From Octopus vulgaris (taxonomy: Eukaryota): DNA of 64,000 bases. Both the position numbers and the translations under genes were made by a program. Shown here in pieces: positions 13,297-28,111 of the stretch. Each line of letters begins with the position of its first letter. Position 1 is the first letter of the stretch. Below the pieces are notes generated by a model. It did no database searches. It saw nothing but the letters and a program-made list of their open reading frames with translations, and was not told where the DNA came from. The DNA lies in assembly GCA_951406725.2 (NCBI GenBank), contig OX597815.1, positions 86,242,001 through 86,306,000 of the forward strand, written 5' to 3'.

Positions 13297-15028
13297 CACT
13301 AATGCAAATAGATTAGGGGCTGAGAATTTGGAGTTTGTATGAAAGAAGAGAAAGAAAGGGAAAAGATGGCGAAACGAGATAGATAATATGTATAATGTTA
13401 ACGCATGAATGACATAGTCCTCCTGATATAGAACTTCCAATTAGTGTCAGTCAATGAGCCCCATACATGCAGGATTACTCGAGTCACGAAGCATCAACCT
13501 TCGTCTAAGTAGTATTCTCCAGGCGCATGCATGGAATATGCTAATTCACCCTAACTATTTTCACAAATTCCCTGAGAATAATAAATATAGCAACAATAAT
13601 ATAATACAAAACATGTGCATCATACATACACACATACATTTCAGCGTGCCTAAACATAATCTCTAGATCACTAACTCTGTCTGTCTCTCTGTCTCTCCTC
13701 TCTCTTATTCTGTCACTGTCTGTCTCTTTCTTTCTGTCTGTCTGTCTGTTTCTCTCTGCGTCTCGCCTTTTCTCTCTCTCTCTCTCTGTCTCCCTTTCTC
13801 TCTCTTTTTCTCATGTGTAGTGTTCGCTAGCGTTGGGTTAATTAGCATATTCTCCGTAAGGTGATGGACAATTGAAACATATTATACCAAAGCAAACTGA
13901 TGCCTTTCTTGTAAAACAAATTTTAAACGAAATCTATCTGCTATTCGGGCGTTAATTATAAAGACAAGCAAACACAATATATCATTAATTCGGAATAGCT
14001 TCATTTGCAAGAACTGTTCGTTCAAATAAATCTCCAATGATACTCAGGAAGATATCGGTGAAAACAGGTGTGAATAAATCTAATTTTCATATGAAAATGA
14101 AAATAAATACATATCCTATGAGTCTGATGCCTCCGTTGGGCGAACAATTAAGTACCAGTGATATTTTCGTGTACTGGAAAGCAGCGATATCCCTTTCTTA
14201 TGCAAATTGGCATTGAGCCTTACCGAGGAAAAAAAATGTATACGCTGTGTATTTGCAGCGCTATGTAGGCTGTTATTTCTTTGTGAGTCATATCAATATA
14301 TTTATTCTACTGAAGTTTACACATCTCATTGATGTGGTTATTTTTCGAATTACCATTGTTTGCAGTGGTTTCACTTTTCTATTTTACTATTTATTTTTAA
14401 GTCCAAGCGAAATCTCTGTCAGAAAGTTAAAAGCAAATTTCCGATATTTGTATTACCATTCATAAACTACGTGCTAAGACTCTTGACACCTCTAATGAGG
14501 TTGGCAACATTTTCCTTTTATAATTTGCTGTATTTTTTAAATTGAAGTTATTGTCACGATTAATACCGTTTTAATTATTTATAAAGCACGCTAGTTATTT
14601 TTTCAGTGTGTATTTAATGCAATGTGGTGGTTATGGTATTTGAAATGATGAAGAACCAGCTTTAAATAATTAATGTTGTAGATTAGGCTTCTTATTATAA
14701 TAGCATATTGCTGTTTCTCTATAGAGTTTTAAATGAATCCTTATAAACGTAGATTTGTTTCTTTTTACATGTCTTATTTGTTTTAAATATTTTGACTTTA
14801 CAAGGGTAATGCATAGCATCTGATTGCTTGTAAAGAAAATTATGTTTTATAAGTGACTGTTTCTCTGTTTTATTTTTCCCTCGTGCAGGCATACAAATTT
14901 ATCTCCAAAACATGTTACTTTTAAATCGCTTCTTTACATGTTTCTCAATTGTGTGTTGAATTTCATACTGCTACTATAACTCGAAATAACACACACACAT
15001 ACACACACTCACACACGCACACACACAA

Positions 15029-15059
<31 letters not shown>

Positions 15060-15229
15060 GACACACACACGAACACACACACACACATATGTATATATTT
15101 GTATGTCGGTATTCAGGTGGGTATGTGGGTATACATGTGGGTATAACTCTGTCTGTCTGACTGTCTGTCTATGTATGCATTTGTATATGTGTATGTATGT
15201 ATGTGTTTGTGTTTGTGTATGTACAATTT

Positions 15230-15525
15230 ATCTTCCTTGAGTCATGGTTTCATAAAGACGGTTACCAGGTGTCGTGTAAATGTCTAGGATTACAACCATC
15301 TCCTAAATGAAACGCCGGTCCCATACAGGGTTCAAGGCTTACATTTTTAAGGGGATGGAACAAGTTGATTACATCGACCTTAATACTTAAGTTGTTCTTT
15401 CTTTTATCGTCAGCAAATGGGATCAAAGAGAGAGCTAACCTCGATGGCATTTGAACTCAGAACGTAAAGAACCGGAAGAAACTAAGCGTTTTGTCCGATG
15501 TGATGACGATTCTACAAGCTCGCTA
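15230..15525 (-). mobile_element. SINE family B head/core with an alternative long tail
   Basis: gattacatcgacc...gcatttgaactcagaacgtaaagaaccggaagaa...gattctacaagctcgc; the tail at 15230-15350 differs from other copies. Confidence 0.7.
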
Positions 15526-15744
15526 TATAAATATGTGCGTGTATGTATGTGTGTATACCTGTACATGCGCACATTCCCACACAGAGGCACACACAAACAC
15601 ACACACACACACACACACACACAAATCACACATTCATACATATGCATGTAGCATTAATTGTTGGTTATCTTTAAGTAAATGAAAATTGGCAGCTTAAAAC
15701 AAAATCAAAGCTTAAATTCTATCAAAGTAAGTCATTAAATAGAT

Positions 15745-15829
15745 CAGTGGTTTCCAACCTTTTCACTGCCAAGGACCCCTTCCATTTAATCCCACGACCT
15801 CTTTCAATATGCTTATCCTTATGTGTGTG

Positions 15830-15877
<48 letters not shown>

Positions 15878-15942
15878 AATTTTTGAATTCATTTCGCAGA
15901 TACCCAGCACGCCCTTTGTAGACAACAGGTTGGGAACCACTG
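15745..15942. mobile_element. hAT-type (Charlie-like) non-autonomous MITE, 198 bp
   Basis: TIRs cagtggtttccaacct / aggttgggaaccactg; perfect 8-bp TSD aaatagat at 15737-15744 and 15943-15950; internal (TA)n. Confidence 0.92.
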
Positions 15943-16280
15943 AAATAGATCCTTGTTAAATAGGCTCTATCTTAGTTTTCAAAACCTGATGCCAGTTACG
16001 TATTAATTGCCCCGAAATTCATGGCCTTGTGCCAAAATTGGGAGTCATTATTATTTCCTTTCGGGGTCGATGGAATAAGTACCAGTCATATATTGAGGTC
16101 GATATCCTAGATTTCGCATACCCTCAAAAACAGCTGACTCTCTGCCATAAATTGAAACCATTATGTACCAGTTAACTACTTGTTCAATGTAATCAATATA
16201 CCCCGACATTGATGGCTCTGTGTACAAGTTTAAAACCATTATTATTGTTACTGTTGTTATTATTATTATTATTATTATTA

Positions 16281-16463
16281 GTTATGCCTAGGGTGCCATA
16301 TATTTGGTTTTGTACTTAGTGTTGTACTAGTGAATGTTTAAGAAACCATAAGAAAATTATGTTTGTTTTAAAACTTGAGATTACATAGAAAGTATTTTGC
16401 ATAGGATCTGAGCAGTTCCTATGAGCACTATATTTTGAATTTCTGCCATTTTGGAGTTTCCTG

Positions 16464-16465
<2 letters not shown>
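16281..16465 (-). mobile_element. R4/Dong-type LINE extreme 3' end inserted in (TAA)n
   Basis: Minus strand translates IPGNSKMAEIQNIVLIGTAQILCKILSM*; (TTA)n on both sides. Confidence 0.8.
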
Positions 16466-16536
<71 letters not shown>

Positions 16537-16571
16537 TATTATTTTATTATTATTATCATTATCACCATTAA

Positions 16572-16640
<69 letters not shown>

Positions 16641-16644
16641 CATG

Positions 16645-16710
<66 letters not shown>
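16465..16710. repeat. (TTA)n microsatellite, about 245 bp
   Basis: Direct reading. Confidence 0.98.
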
Positions 16711-16714
<4 letters not shown>

Positions 16715-16782
16715 TCACTGCTTGGAATCGAACTCGGAATCTTGGAGTTAGTAGCCCACGTTCTTAACTACTAAGCCATATG
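16711..16782 (-). mobile_element. Short tRNA-like SINE or tRNA pseudogene followed directly by (AAT)n
   Basis: Minus strand tggcttagtagttaag (A-box-like) ... gagttcgattcc (B box). Confidence 0.65.
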
Positions 16783-19700
16783 AGGACAAAATATCCGTCA
16801 AATGTAAATAATGTAAATAATGTACATAATTCCTCATCTCTCAAATATAGAACTATATTCTTGTTATGTTACATTTGTCATTTCAGTGCTGAAATTATTG
16901 CACTAAAGGAAGTGTCATGTCGTTTATAGTTGGGAAGAAAGTGAGAAGATTATAGCATAGGATCTTTAATTTCTCAGAATTTAAGACACATTTTAAAAGT
17001 AATTAACAATATAAACAATAAGATATAAAAAGCGAGCTGTTGCAGAGTTTATCTGATGTTTTTATAGACGAGAATGTTACCATAGATAATGAAGTGTTGG
17101 CAGGCTAGATATTTATAAATAGCATATTGTAGACAGAGTTTGAGGAAGATTGAAATATGAGAGGAGGAATATTTGAAGGAAGATAAACGTAAAATGAAAG
17201 TGAAAGAACTAAAAGAGTAAAAGAAGAAAATAAAATAAGAATTAACAAAATTTGGTGAACAAGACAACTCTTTAAAAGATGTTAAGGGTGCATTTTCACT
17301 TAACTCAAACATACGTGCAGTCATAGCACATACATCACACATGCGTACACTTCTACATCCGTACATTCATACATACATACATGCATGAATACATGCACAC
17401 GTACATACTCTTGAGGAATTGAACACAATTTTACTTGTCCTATCAACAAGCGAACACTACATTGCATATCACAGACGCTGAAACGATTGCTTGCTGACAA
17501 CTAGCATTAACTCCGAGTGGGGAAGGGAGATAATTGCTTCAACAAAAAGTTAACGAGACTTGACAATGTGACATTTAAGCATATACATTAGAGAGAGTAT
17601 ATAGCTAAGGTCTAGTTAATTGAAATAAATGAAGCGAAAATGAGCTACGTAAAATAATCAAGCATTGTATATAATTCTAATAATAATTGGTAATCTCAGT
17701 TTTGGGAAGCAAAGATATACAGCATGCCGTGCATCTTACTTTTGAGGTGAAAAAAAAAAGGATATGGTTCGATTTTGGTAGTTCTGAGAAAAGCATATTT
17801 ACCAAAGTTGATTTCATATAAATTTGAACTTTGAAATAAAGACATCATGGCTATGCTGATTATGTATATTATTAATGAATCACATATGTTCGGTGGATCT
17901 TTCGCTGTGATGTACAGACAAACATACACATATATACAGACATATTTGTGCGCGCGCGCGTGTGTATCTGTTTGTGTCTGTGTGTGTGCCTGCGAGTGTG
18001 TACGTGTGTTTGTGTACGTGTGTGTATGTGTGCTTGTGTGTGTATGTGTGTATGTGTGTGTGTGTGTGTATTTACGATACTACCGATTCATTTGATGTCA
18101 GAATTTTCAGCAACAACGGAGCTGTGAATTGCAATCTGATTAGATTAAGTTTTGATGAAATATAAATCAAGCTATCACAAAGTAACCAGAGAGTTGTACA
18201 CACACGATACTCTGACAATTTCTAACAACGTAAACTCATACAACTAAATAGAATAAGGAGAAACAAAGCATTAAATAAATTGGAAAACACCACTGGTAAT
18301 AACAATTAATTGTCTTTTTAGACCTATCCTTAGATCACTACAGATGTAAATATAAACCAAACTGGAAGAAAAAAGATGAAACTCATCTCTGAGCTAAAAA
18401 TATACATCTTTCACAAGTTTTTAATAAACCCATCAGCAGCATTTGTACAAGATTCTCTTTTGCCTCTTCAAGAAAAAGATATTTGCAAGAGCTGAATATT
18501 ACAGCAACAAAGCGCGTGCGAACAGAATGTTTCGAGAACAGATTAAATTTATCGACAAAGCTTAATCGCCTCCAGCTAGTGTAACTGAAACAGTCACTAT
18601 AATTCCTTCTGTTTAAATTAAATATTTAGTCTGAATATGAATCACATATTGCTTCCATCGTCTCTCCTGTCTAGATAACTGCAACTTCTAGCATAAGGAA
18701 TTTTCTTCCTGACAAAATTTAAGCAAGATAGAGGCGAAATAGATGTCTCCAAAACATGCATCAGAGAATGTGAGGTCAGCTTCACTTGTAAGTATTTAAA
18801 TCCTAAATTTACATTTTGGTACAAAGGAAAATAAACAGCTCAAAAGTATGAAACTGCAGACGACATTTAATGCTCATAATATTAGTAAGTCATTTCAGCG
18901 GCATTTCCATCCCATTACATTACTGTAGCCATACTAAAGTTTCATAATATTTCATCGTTAACAAATCAACAAATTTCTAACTAAACACACAAAGAGGATA
19001 TTTTAAAACCTTCCAGAAAAATTAATTAATTCTTCAAACTCTCGGTAAAACCATTCAGGAAAACTTTATAAGCACAACATCTGTAACACTACAAAGCATA
19101 GAACCTTATCAAGTACACACGCTTCACTAGTCTAAATAGAATAGCATATTGATGAGTGCGCATACGTTAGTATGTCCAGTATATAAATATATATATATGC
19201 TGGCACGTATGTGTTTATAATTATAAATCAATTCTCAATGATCTTACGCCCATATACACATTTGTACACACAATCATTCAAGATTATATTTTACTGGATT
19301 CCCAACAAAACTGTTTAGCTTTTAACTGAGAGCTCATTCTCTACTTGTGACGTATTATTTATTTCTGATGAAGTTTTTGTGTTCATGTGTAACTGAAGGT
19401 TATTGCTTTTAAATATCTGGCAACATTTCAAGTACACCAGAGCCATAATATTTTTGCTAGAAACATCGTTAATGCAGGGCATTTGTATTAAAGTTACAAC
19501 AATAATATTGCTTTTTTTATCTCTGGTATGTGGAAGTAAATTTTCTGGTGCGCACGCAAATTTCTATTCCTCTTTGTAATATCAACAACCCTACTATTTG
19601 CTATCTCAACGGCGTGTCTTAGCCTAAAGTATTAAATTATCGTTGTAAGAACGCTGATGTAAATAACTAAAATGAAAGATAGGCCTTACTGAATATCCAT

Positions 19701-20399
19701 TCGAAATTATTCTCGGAACGTATGTATATAGTCAAATGGACAGAAAGCTGATTCATAACTTCACTCTCGAAATATATCTGGAATTCAAAGGATGATATGA
19801 ATAACAATCATGAACTCATTTGGTCAATTATAGAACATTCACCTTCTCAAATTAATTGCCACAGGTGTGACACTTGTCTTTCGGGAAAGGATAATATTCC
19901 CTTACAGCCTTTTCAGAGATCGAAATTCGTGAATTGGGGAAAACACTTCTATCGATATTTACTGAAGAATTTCCAAGTACAAACACATGATAAACACTCA
20001 TAGTTTGTGAACTTTTAAAGTTTCAATAAAGCAGCATGTTTTATCAACCTTTGGTATTCGAGGACTATTTGTTCTGCATTGTTTTGAACTTAGGTGCACA
20101 CAGTGCTATATATAAATGGACACTCACACAAACACACAATGGTACAAATATATATATGGATATATGCATTCATTATTATTACACAAGAAAACTATGGATA
20201 GCAAGTTTGAAGTTTCAGCCGGTTAAGTCATCGTCGGACTACGATGCATTACAATCAATCTTGACTTTATATAGTCTGTGTTGCGTTAAAATCTTCCTTG
20301 CTTATGTAGGTTTGAGTGGAGTGGTAATTACCGCCATAAAACTGAAGGTTTAAATTTCTACATATTAATCAAATTGCTTATGGAACATTGAACCCCTAA

Positions 20400-21120
20400 A
20401 GAGAAACATACAGACAAACAGCCTTTACAACTACCCGCGTCCTATTGGGAGCATCAAAGCACAAATTAAACAATTTTCTATATTAGAACGTCATGACATG
20501 CCCAACTAATAAAACGTAAATTTCAAAACAATATAGCAAGTACCTTAAATTACAACAATAAGTAAAGAAACTGACCAACTGAAATATACCACCTACTTAC
20601 ATTCTTTTATGACCCCCCCCAAAAAAAAAGATGCATTATAAAAAGTTTTAAATATTGAACTCAACTTTGAGCCTTTGACTCTTACATTGTCAAAGGAAAA
20701 TAACTACAACTACGTACACATTTTATATCTACCCACCAAAAATGGCACACCTAAATATCCCACCTGTTTGCAAAGTTCTACGTAGATGAATAAATTCTAA
20801 CCAATAACATAAGCACAAATTTAACCAATAAAAAGTTCACCAAAACACCTCTCTATAAGAACCCACTCTACAATCTAATTCCCACTCCACTTAACTCCAT
20901 AAAACCGAAGAACATTTTTAACTCAACAGAAACTATATGAAGCCAAGATTAACTCAATGCATTGCAGTCCGATGATAGCTTAGCTGGGTGAGACTTCGAA
21001 GACACTGTCAATGATATTCTTGCTAAAGATTGATAAGATTGTACTCTTCAAATATAGAGTAACCCATCAGATTAATGGAAAATTCTTTTTATTATAACTG
21101 AACATAAAACCAAACGTTAA
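20400..21120 (+). mobile_element. Probable degenerate PLE 3' region with hammerhead-like motif
   Basis: A/C-skewed strand; attgcagt-ccgatga-...-gaga-cttcgaag-ac-actgtcaat at 20961-21012; ends at (TA)n. Confidence 0.4.
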
Positions 21121-21121
21121 C

Positions 21122-21153
<32 letters not shown>

Positions 21154-21639
21154 GAATACATGTATGTGCTTGCGGGTCTTTGGGTTTGTATATGTATATA
21201 TATATATGCATGGAAGGCCAACTAACGTTGTATTACTCTGTAAATATGCATACATTTGTGTACGTTCTATTGATGTATGTAAATACGTTTCATTGTATTT
21301 ATACACATCAACGCGTACAAGGATATGTGAGACTTGCGTTCATGTGTATACGTATCTGTGATTATATATGTATCAATGTATTTATACACACACACATATA
21401 CATATATCAAACAAACCGGAAGCGTATAAGTCATCATTACGTACAAAAAATGAATCCGAATGAAACAAACCATTATACTGTATAATACAATATAAACAAA
21501 GATCAAATTTATCGAAGAAGTCCTAATAGCCAACAGCTTCGATTGAAGAACATCTGCAGTGTATGAAACTTGCAGTAACTGGAATACTATTGACTAAAAT
21601 GTAATCCCTATACCAAAATAATAATAATAATAATGATAC

Positions 21640-21699
<60 letters not shown>

Positions 21700-21754
21700 T
21701 GATGATGATGATGATGATAATGATGATGATGATGTTACTCAACTGCCACTAATT

Positions 21755-21840
21755 TTTTCGATCCCGATAAAATACGCAAAGACGGACGAAATGCTGATGA
21801 CTATTTTCCCCGGTTCGCCAACCATTCTCCGAGCTCACCA
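21755..21840 (-). mobile_element. SINE family B head fragment
   Basis: Reverse complement ggtgagctcggagaatggttggcgaaccggggaaaatag resembles the head of 30975-31188. Confidence 0.55.
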
Positions 21841-21844
21841 CTTT

Positions 21845-21896
<52 letters not shown>

Positions 21897-21899
21897 CAA

Positions 21900-22272
21900 G
21901 AGAAAGGTAATAATACAGGATAACTATGCGGAAAAATAACAAACAAAAATTAGTAGAGCCTGAGCTAAAGCGATTGCAAAAAAAAAAAAAACCCTACAGG
22001 GGAAATATGGGAAAGCTGAACAAGAAAGAAATAGATAAAGTATATATCAATATTGGTTCAGAAGCTGAGGATTCAAAACAGAGAGGCTTGTAATTGCAGC
22101 ACAAGGCCAAAAACCGCCCAAAACAGATAATAAAAAAAAACTACCAGAAGTAACTACTGAATAAGTGGTGATTGGAAACAAACCATAAATCGCATTTTCT
22201 CTGGTTCCCCAGTCTTAGTTAAGAAGAAACATATCGACATACGTTACAGAATTGGGACCTATATATACACTG
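21900..22272 (+). mobile_element. R4/Dong-type LINE internal fragment following (TAA)n
   Basis: Degenerate GFKTERLVIAAQGQ...QTINRIFSGSPVLVKKKHI...RIGTYIH, like the IAAQDQ and CCHC region of R4/Dong ORFs. Confidence 0.65.
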
Positions 22273-22273
22273 C

Positions 22274-22319
<46 letters not shown>

Positions 22320-22414
22320 GTATGCATATATATATGAATGTATATACATGCATTTGTATAATATGTGTATTATAGAACTATACATATATTATGAACATAT
22401 CCGTATATAAGCAT

Positions 22415-23105
22415 ATCATCATCATCATCACCACCATTTAACATTCTCTTTTTCATGCTGGTATGAGTTGGACAGCATGACAGCAACTGGCAGGCCCAGA
22501 GGCCCCCATCAGCTTTTATAGCATGTTTTGGATTGGTTACTACAGCTGGATACCCTTCCTAACGACGTCAGCCATTCCACAGGGAGTACTGGCTGCTTTT
22601 TACGTTGCATCATTACCAGTGCTTTTTACGTGGTACCAGCACCAGTGCTTTTTACATGGCACCAGCACCTGTCGCAACGCATTTTACATGGCACCATGAT
22701 TTTAGGATCTAATTTCTGTCGTAGTAAGTCATCTCGTGGACTGCAATGAGCCACATACCTCAGTATTCTGTCATCTCCTTCATAAGGTTCAGCTTTTTTA
22801 GATCGGCCTTAAGTACTTTGTCCTATTTCTTCCCGGGTCTCCCTCTTCCACAGTACTCCTCCACTATAAGTGTTCAGCAATTTTTTATGCAACTGTTCTG
22901 ATCCATCCACATCACATGATCATTCTGCTCTCTTTCACACTGTATCTAATTCCTCTTATGCTCAATTTCTTTCTCAATGCACCAATGCTCTGTCGCACAT
23001 GCATATTGATATCGCACACCAAGCGGAGTATGTCAGCTTCGTTCCTGCTCAGCCTTTACATGTCCGACGTATTCAGAGCCCACGTCTCACTATTATGCAA
23101 GACTG
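22415..23105 (-). mobile_element. RTE-clade LINE 3' end, degraded
   Basis: Minus strand: DILRLVCDINMHVRQSIGALRKKLSIRGI...YCGRGRPGKK*DKVLKADLKKLNL; (GAT)n-type tail near 22415-22430. Confidence 0.7.
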
Positions 23106-23374
23106 AGACGTCGAACGCATTTCACAACATTGAAGCATCGCAGTTCGTGTACATCGCAGTTCCTACATGTAAAAGAAGTATATATAATGTGCACAAAATT
23201 TAAGTAATTTTGGATCGGTTTGAAAACGTTGTGTTAACATGTATTTTCAATGGTAGATTCTTTATGTAAATATTTTAATAGAACAGAACCAACTCTCGGC
23301 TTTGTGAAGTTAATTTTACAATTAAATAGGTGACTTTCTCTATGCGTATTTTTGTTATATAATATGTACATGTG

Positions 23375-23710
23375 CAATAAGAAGCTTGCTTCCCAACCAC
23401 ATGGTTCCGGGTTTAGTCCCGCTGCGTGGCACCTTGAGCAAGTGTCTTCTACTATAGCCTCAACCGACCAAAACCTTGTGAGTGGATTTGGTAGACGAAA
23501 ACTGAAAGATGCCTGTCATTTATATATTTGTGTGTGTGTGTGTGTGTACTTGTATTTTTCATCCTACCCCATCACTGTTTGACAACCGGTGTTGGCGTGT
23601 TTACGTCTCCATAACTTAGCCGTTCGGCAAAAGGAACCGATACAATAAGTTCTAGGCTAAAAAAAATAAATCCTAGGATTAATCACAGAAACAAGTAAGA
23701 GAATAAAAGA
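23375..23710 (+). mobile_element. SINE family A copy
   Basis: aagaagcttgcttcccaaccacatggttccgggtttagtccc...gtggatttggtagacg...acaagtaagagaataaaaga. Confidence 0.88.
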
Positions 23711-23751
<41 letters not shown>

Positions 23752-23810
23752 CGTTAGTGCCCTATGCTTTTTAAGGTGAGCTTCTTTAATGGATATATGA
23801 TACATTGACG

Positions 23811-23881
<71 letters not shown>

Positions 23882-24693
23882 CACACGCACGCATATATAT
23901 GTTATCCTTGTATCTAAGTATTTATCTATATATGCCTGTGTATGTGCATGCATGTTTGTGCGTGTTGAGCTGTAGTGTATACATTTGGCAGTAGTAAATG
24001 TATTGCACCGCATCTTAGGTACTTATTATTTTGAGTTCATAACTGAAAATTAGAAATAATATAATGAAAAAATACAAAACCTCTTCCTTCAAACTCTGCT
24101 ATACGGTTCAGAAAATTCCCTGAGTCAACACATTTATATGGTTTTGAAAGTTCTTAGGAAATATTGCTGTCTTAGTAATAATATTCGGCTTAGGATCATG
24201 TCACTTCTGTTTAAATCCCCGTTTTACAGCGATTGTAAGCAAACAGTTGCTAGCCGCCATTTAAATTTTTGATCAGATCAATATACGCGTTTACAAGACT
24301 AATTCTTTTATTAAATATCTTTGGCAACACTTTAAACATTATAACATTTTACACACAGATAGAAAGCGGGAGAGAGAAAGTGGGAGGGGATATATATTTA
24401 CGCATTTACGTCTACACATCTATATCTAAACGCCCATTGACTCACTTGCAAGACAGAGTAACTCATATATACATAGACACATACGTACATATGTGTGTGT
24501 ATGTGTGTTTGTATGTGTGTACGCACATCTGTGTGCACGCAAGTGTGCTTGTGTACTTACGTCTAATAAAGAAATCGACTACGGAATCTGTGACCTTCGT
24601 TGCAAAATTCGAACGCCACGTTTGGTGTGCCATTTGTCTCTGTTTGGATGAATATAATTCATATCACCTGTACTAATATGTGTGTATGCACTT

Positions 24694-24755
<62 letters not shown>

Positions 24756-25442
24756 AAGGGATAGAGAGGGTGGGGAGAGTAAGTAAGGAGGAGAGATTGA
24801 GAGGATAGATAGATAACCATGTCATATCGATATGTGATATGCAGACACACCCACCTGCATATATTTATTGATCTATCTGTTTATCTATCTATTTATCTAT
24901 TTATCTCTGTGTTCGCGTATACTCGTGTCCACTGCATGTGCGAGCTGAGCATGTGTTAGCGTGTATAATTTGTCGATGATACTTCTACCATTAACAAAGA
25001 ACCTGTCAAATGTTTGGTCATAATCTAACAACTCTGTTCAAATCTATTATTGTGAACAACACGTCTTCTAAGAAGAATATGTGTTTATAACTGGGTTTGT
25101 ACAAATTTGATTTGTTGTTCTCAATATTTGGTAACAGTAGACATAAGTAGATTAAAAGAAAATTAGGTAAAGATACAAGGATTATAAATAAGAATTATGT
25201 TCATAGTAAGCTTCTATAATGAAATACATGCTTTCAAACGTACACATACGCTATACATTTATTGAACGTATAATACAGATACAGATTGGCACGCACGCGT
25301 AACATAACGCAGATATGCATGTCAGGTCCTCTAAACATTTTATCTGTGTTTGTGTGCGTGCGTTCGTGTGTACGTGTACGTCTGTGTGTGTATATATGTA
25401 TATATGTATCATAAATATAACGGTATATGTGTTCCTTATTCA

Positions 25443-25503
<61 letters not shown>

Positions 25504-25607
25504 TATGCTTGTACAATTCATATATGTTGATATATATGTTGTGTGTATGTATATATATGTACATATATATATATATTTATATATATATATACATATATAT
25601 ACACATA

Positions 25608-25644
<37 letters not shown>

Positions 25645-25678
25645 CTATATATATGAATTTACGCGCATATATAATTAT

Positions 25679-25724
<46 letters not shown>

Positions 25725-25727
<3 letters not shown>

Positions 25728-26077
25728 TTTTTTTGTATTATAAGATAAAAAACCAAGACTGTGTAGATATTAGAGCATTTATAGATAGACGTTCTTACAG
25801 CTGTTTCTAGGATATTTATTAATTAAATCGCTTCATCGGAGACGGTGTGAGAAGATAGTTAAATCATAGTTAGTTTAGATGTGATAGAAAATAGAGAGTG
25901 AGGTGGAGGAAAGAAAATAGATGCAAGATATATATGGGCATTGAAGTTGTAAATCCATTTTTTAGGCATAATGGTATATATGCAATATTCCAATATCCTA
26001 TGAGTAAAGTCCAAGAGTCCAACAGAGTTTAAAATGTGTCCATCCAAATATAGAATTTATAAGCAATGTAAGATTCC

Positions 26078-26080
<3 letters not shown>
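25725..26080 (-). mobile_element. PLE-type terminal repeat (family P2) with hammerhead motif at 25793-25843
   Basis: Homologous to 52320-52680 and 56923-57204; flanked by (TA)n. Confidence 0.7.
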
Positions 26081-26130
<50 letters not shown>

Positions 26131-26158
26131 TATATACATATATATACATAGAGAAATA

Positions 26159-26200
<42 letters not shown>

Positions 26201-26204
26201 ACAC

Positions 26205-26400
26205 TATTTCTCTCTTCGTTTCAGTCATTATCCTGGGGCACCGCCTTTAAGGCTATCAGTCGAATGAATCAGCCATCGTACTTGTCTTTTCTAAGCATGA
26301 TGCTTCTTCTAACGGTCTCTTTTGCCGAGGGGACATGAACATACCAACACCAGATAGCAAGTGGTGGGATGCACGGAGACATAGACACACAGACCATCAC
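26205..26400 (-). mobile_element. SINE family A 3' half
   Basis: tttcagtcatt...ctggggcaccgcc...tctcttttgccgag matches the family A tail (reverse complement). Confidence 0.7.
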
Positions 26401-26468
26401 CTTATATATATATATACATGTATGTATGTATGTATGTATGTATGTATGTATGTATGTATGTATGTATG

Positions 26469-26510
<42 letters not shown>

Positions 26511-26538
26511 TATATATATATGCATATATATATATTTA

Positions 26539-26598
<60 letters not shown>

Positions 26599-28070
26599 CA
26601 AATATATGTACACATACTTTTTTTATTCGAGGGGAGGCAATGCGAGCAACAACTAAAGGAACATTTCAAAATGCACAGAAAGATCAAACACATACATATA
26701 TTCATATATTACGTTTATATATTTGTTGTGCAAGATTTTTTATGTGAAGTCGGGTGTTGAAACAGACATTGTTGTATTTCGGAATAGTCATTTTGCCAGT
26801 TTAGACAAGTTACAGAAGCTACACACGTAATAGAAGATAAACCTAGCCTTAATAGGAAACTAGAATGGAACACTAGCACACACCATATGACGGAAGAGGA
26901 TCCCCATAAACTGGTTACAATATAAACAAAACCAAAAACATAATAAATAAAATACACCGATAAATAAACAAATAGAAATAAATAAGTATATATGTTTTTT
27001 TTTTAAATTTAAAAGATAAAAAAATTTTTTTTAATGTTTTATTATTATTATTATTGTTATTACTAGTATTATCGTTATACATACATACATACATACAAGC
27101 ATACGTAATAATAATAATAATGATAATAATAATAATAATAAGTGGATGTAAACATGAACAAAATAATAAAAAAATAAGAATAAACAAAAACAATTTACAC
27201 CGACGTATATAAACAGAAGATACAAATATTACAGGTATTTCCCCCCACACACACACATACACACTAACTAAACATAGATGCACATAGAGATATACGCATG
27301 CGCAAATGAAGACACATACAATAGAAATACAAAATGGCTGACGGTTAGTAAGGAGAGACACATAAATAAGAAAGAAGAAAGCAAAGGACCACTGATGCGG
27401 TCACAGGAGTGTAACGAAAGAACTCTGGCCGAAATAAGATTAAGATTAATGTAAAAAAAATAAATAACTCTGAAGCAAAGTAACACCAAATATATAGTGC
27501 GTGTGCTTTTATTGGCTAAAGTGGCAAAATGACCATTCCGAAATACAACAATATTCCTATATTCATTTATATCTATAAAGCCCGACGTTTAAAAATTTAA
27601 ATATATAAATAAATAAATATATCATATAAAAATATAAATTTTGCATATAACACCTTTGTGTCTCACCGTAGCCAACGAAACGGTTCGTATTGTTGGGGCC
27701 CATTTTCGTTCTCATATGTATGTATATGTGTGTGTATGTATGTATGTATGCATGTATGTATGTATTTAACATGTATATACTTGAGGCTAACGGTATCGAT
27801 TTTGTTTTGGAAGCAAAGTGAATACGCAACATTTTAAAGCGGAAAGATACTGCGAAATACTGGTATCTGCCGATCACGTCCGCATTCGGTGCGAATATAG
27901 TTTGTCTAGCTCTAAATCATGCTGTAGTTTTTTAAAACTACAAGTCTTCAAAAGATCCTTTCACAAATGTAAAAGTGCTACTCCAGGCATTTGACAATAC
28001 ATAAGTGTCAAATATGTAATATTGATACAGTTTACATTATTTAGCTGCTTCTAACACATAATTTGAATAC

Positions 28071-28111
<41 letters not shown>

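Noticed and set aside
18150-19150. A-rich segment possibly a PLE fossil (AAFPSHYI...)
   Set aside because: No diagnostic motif could be recovered by eye.
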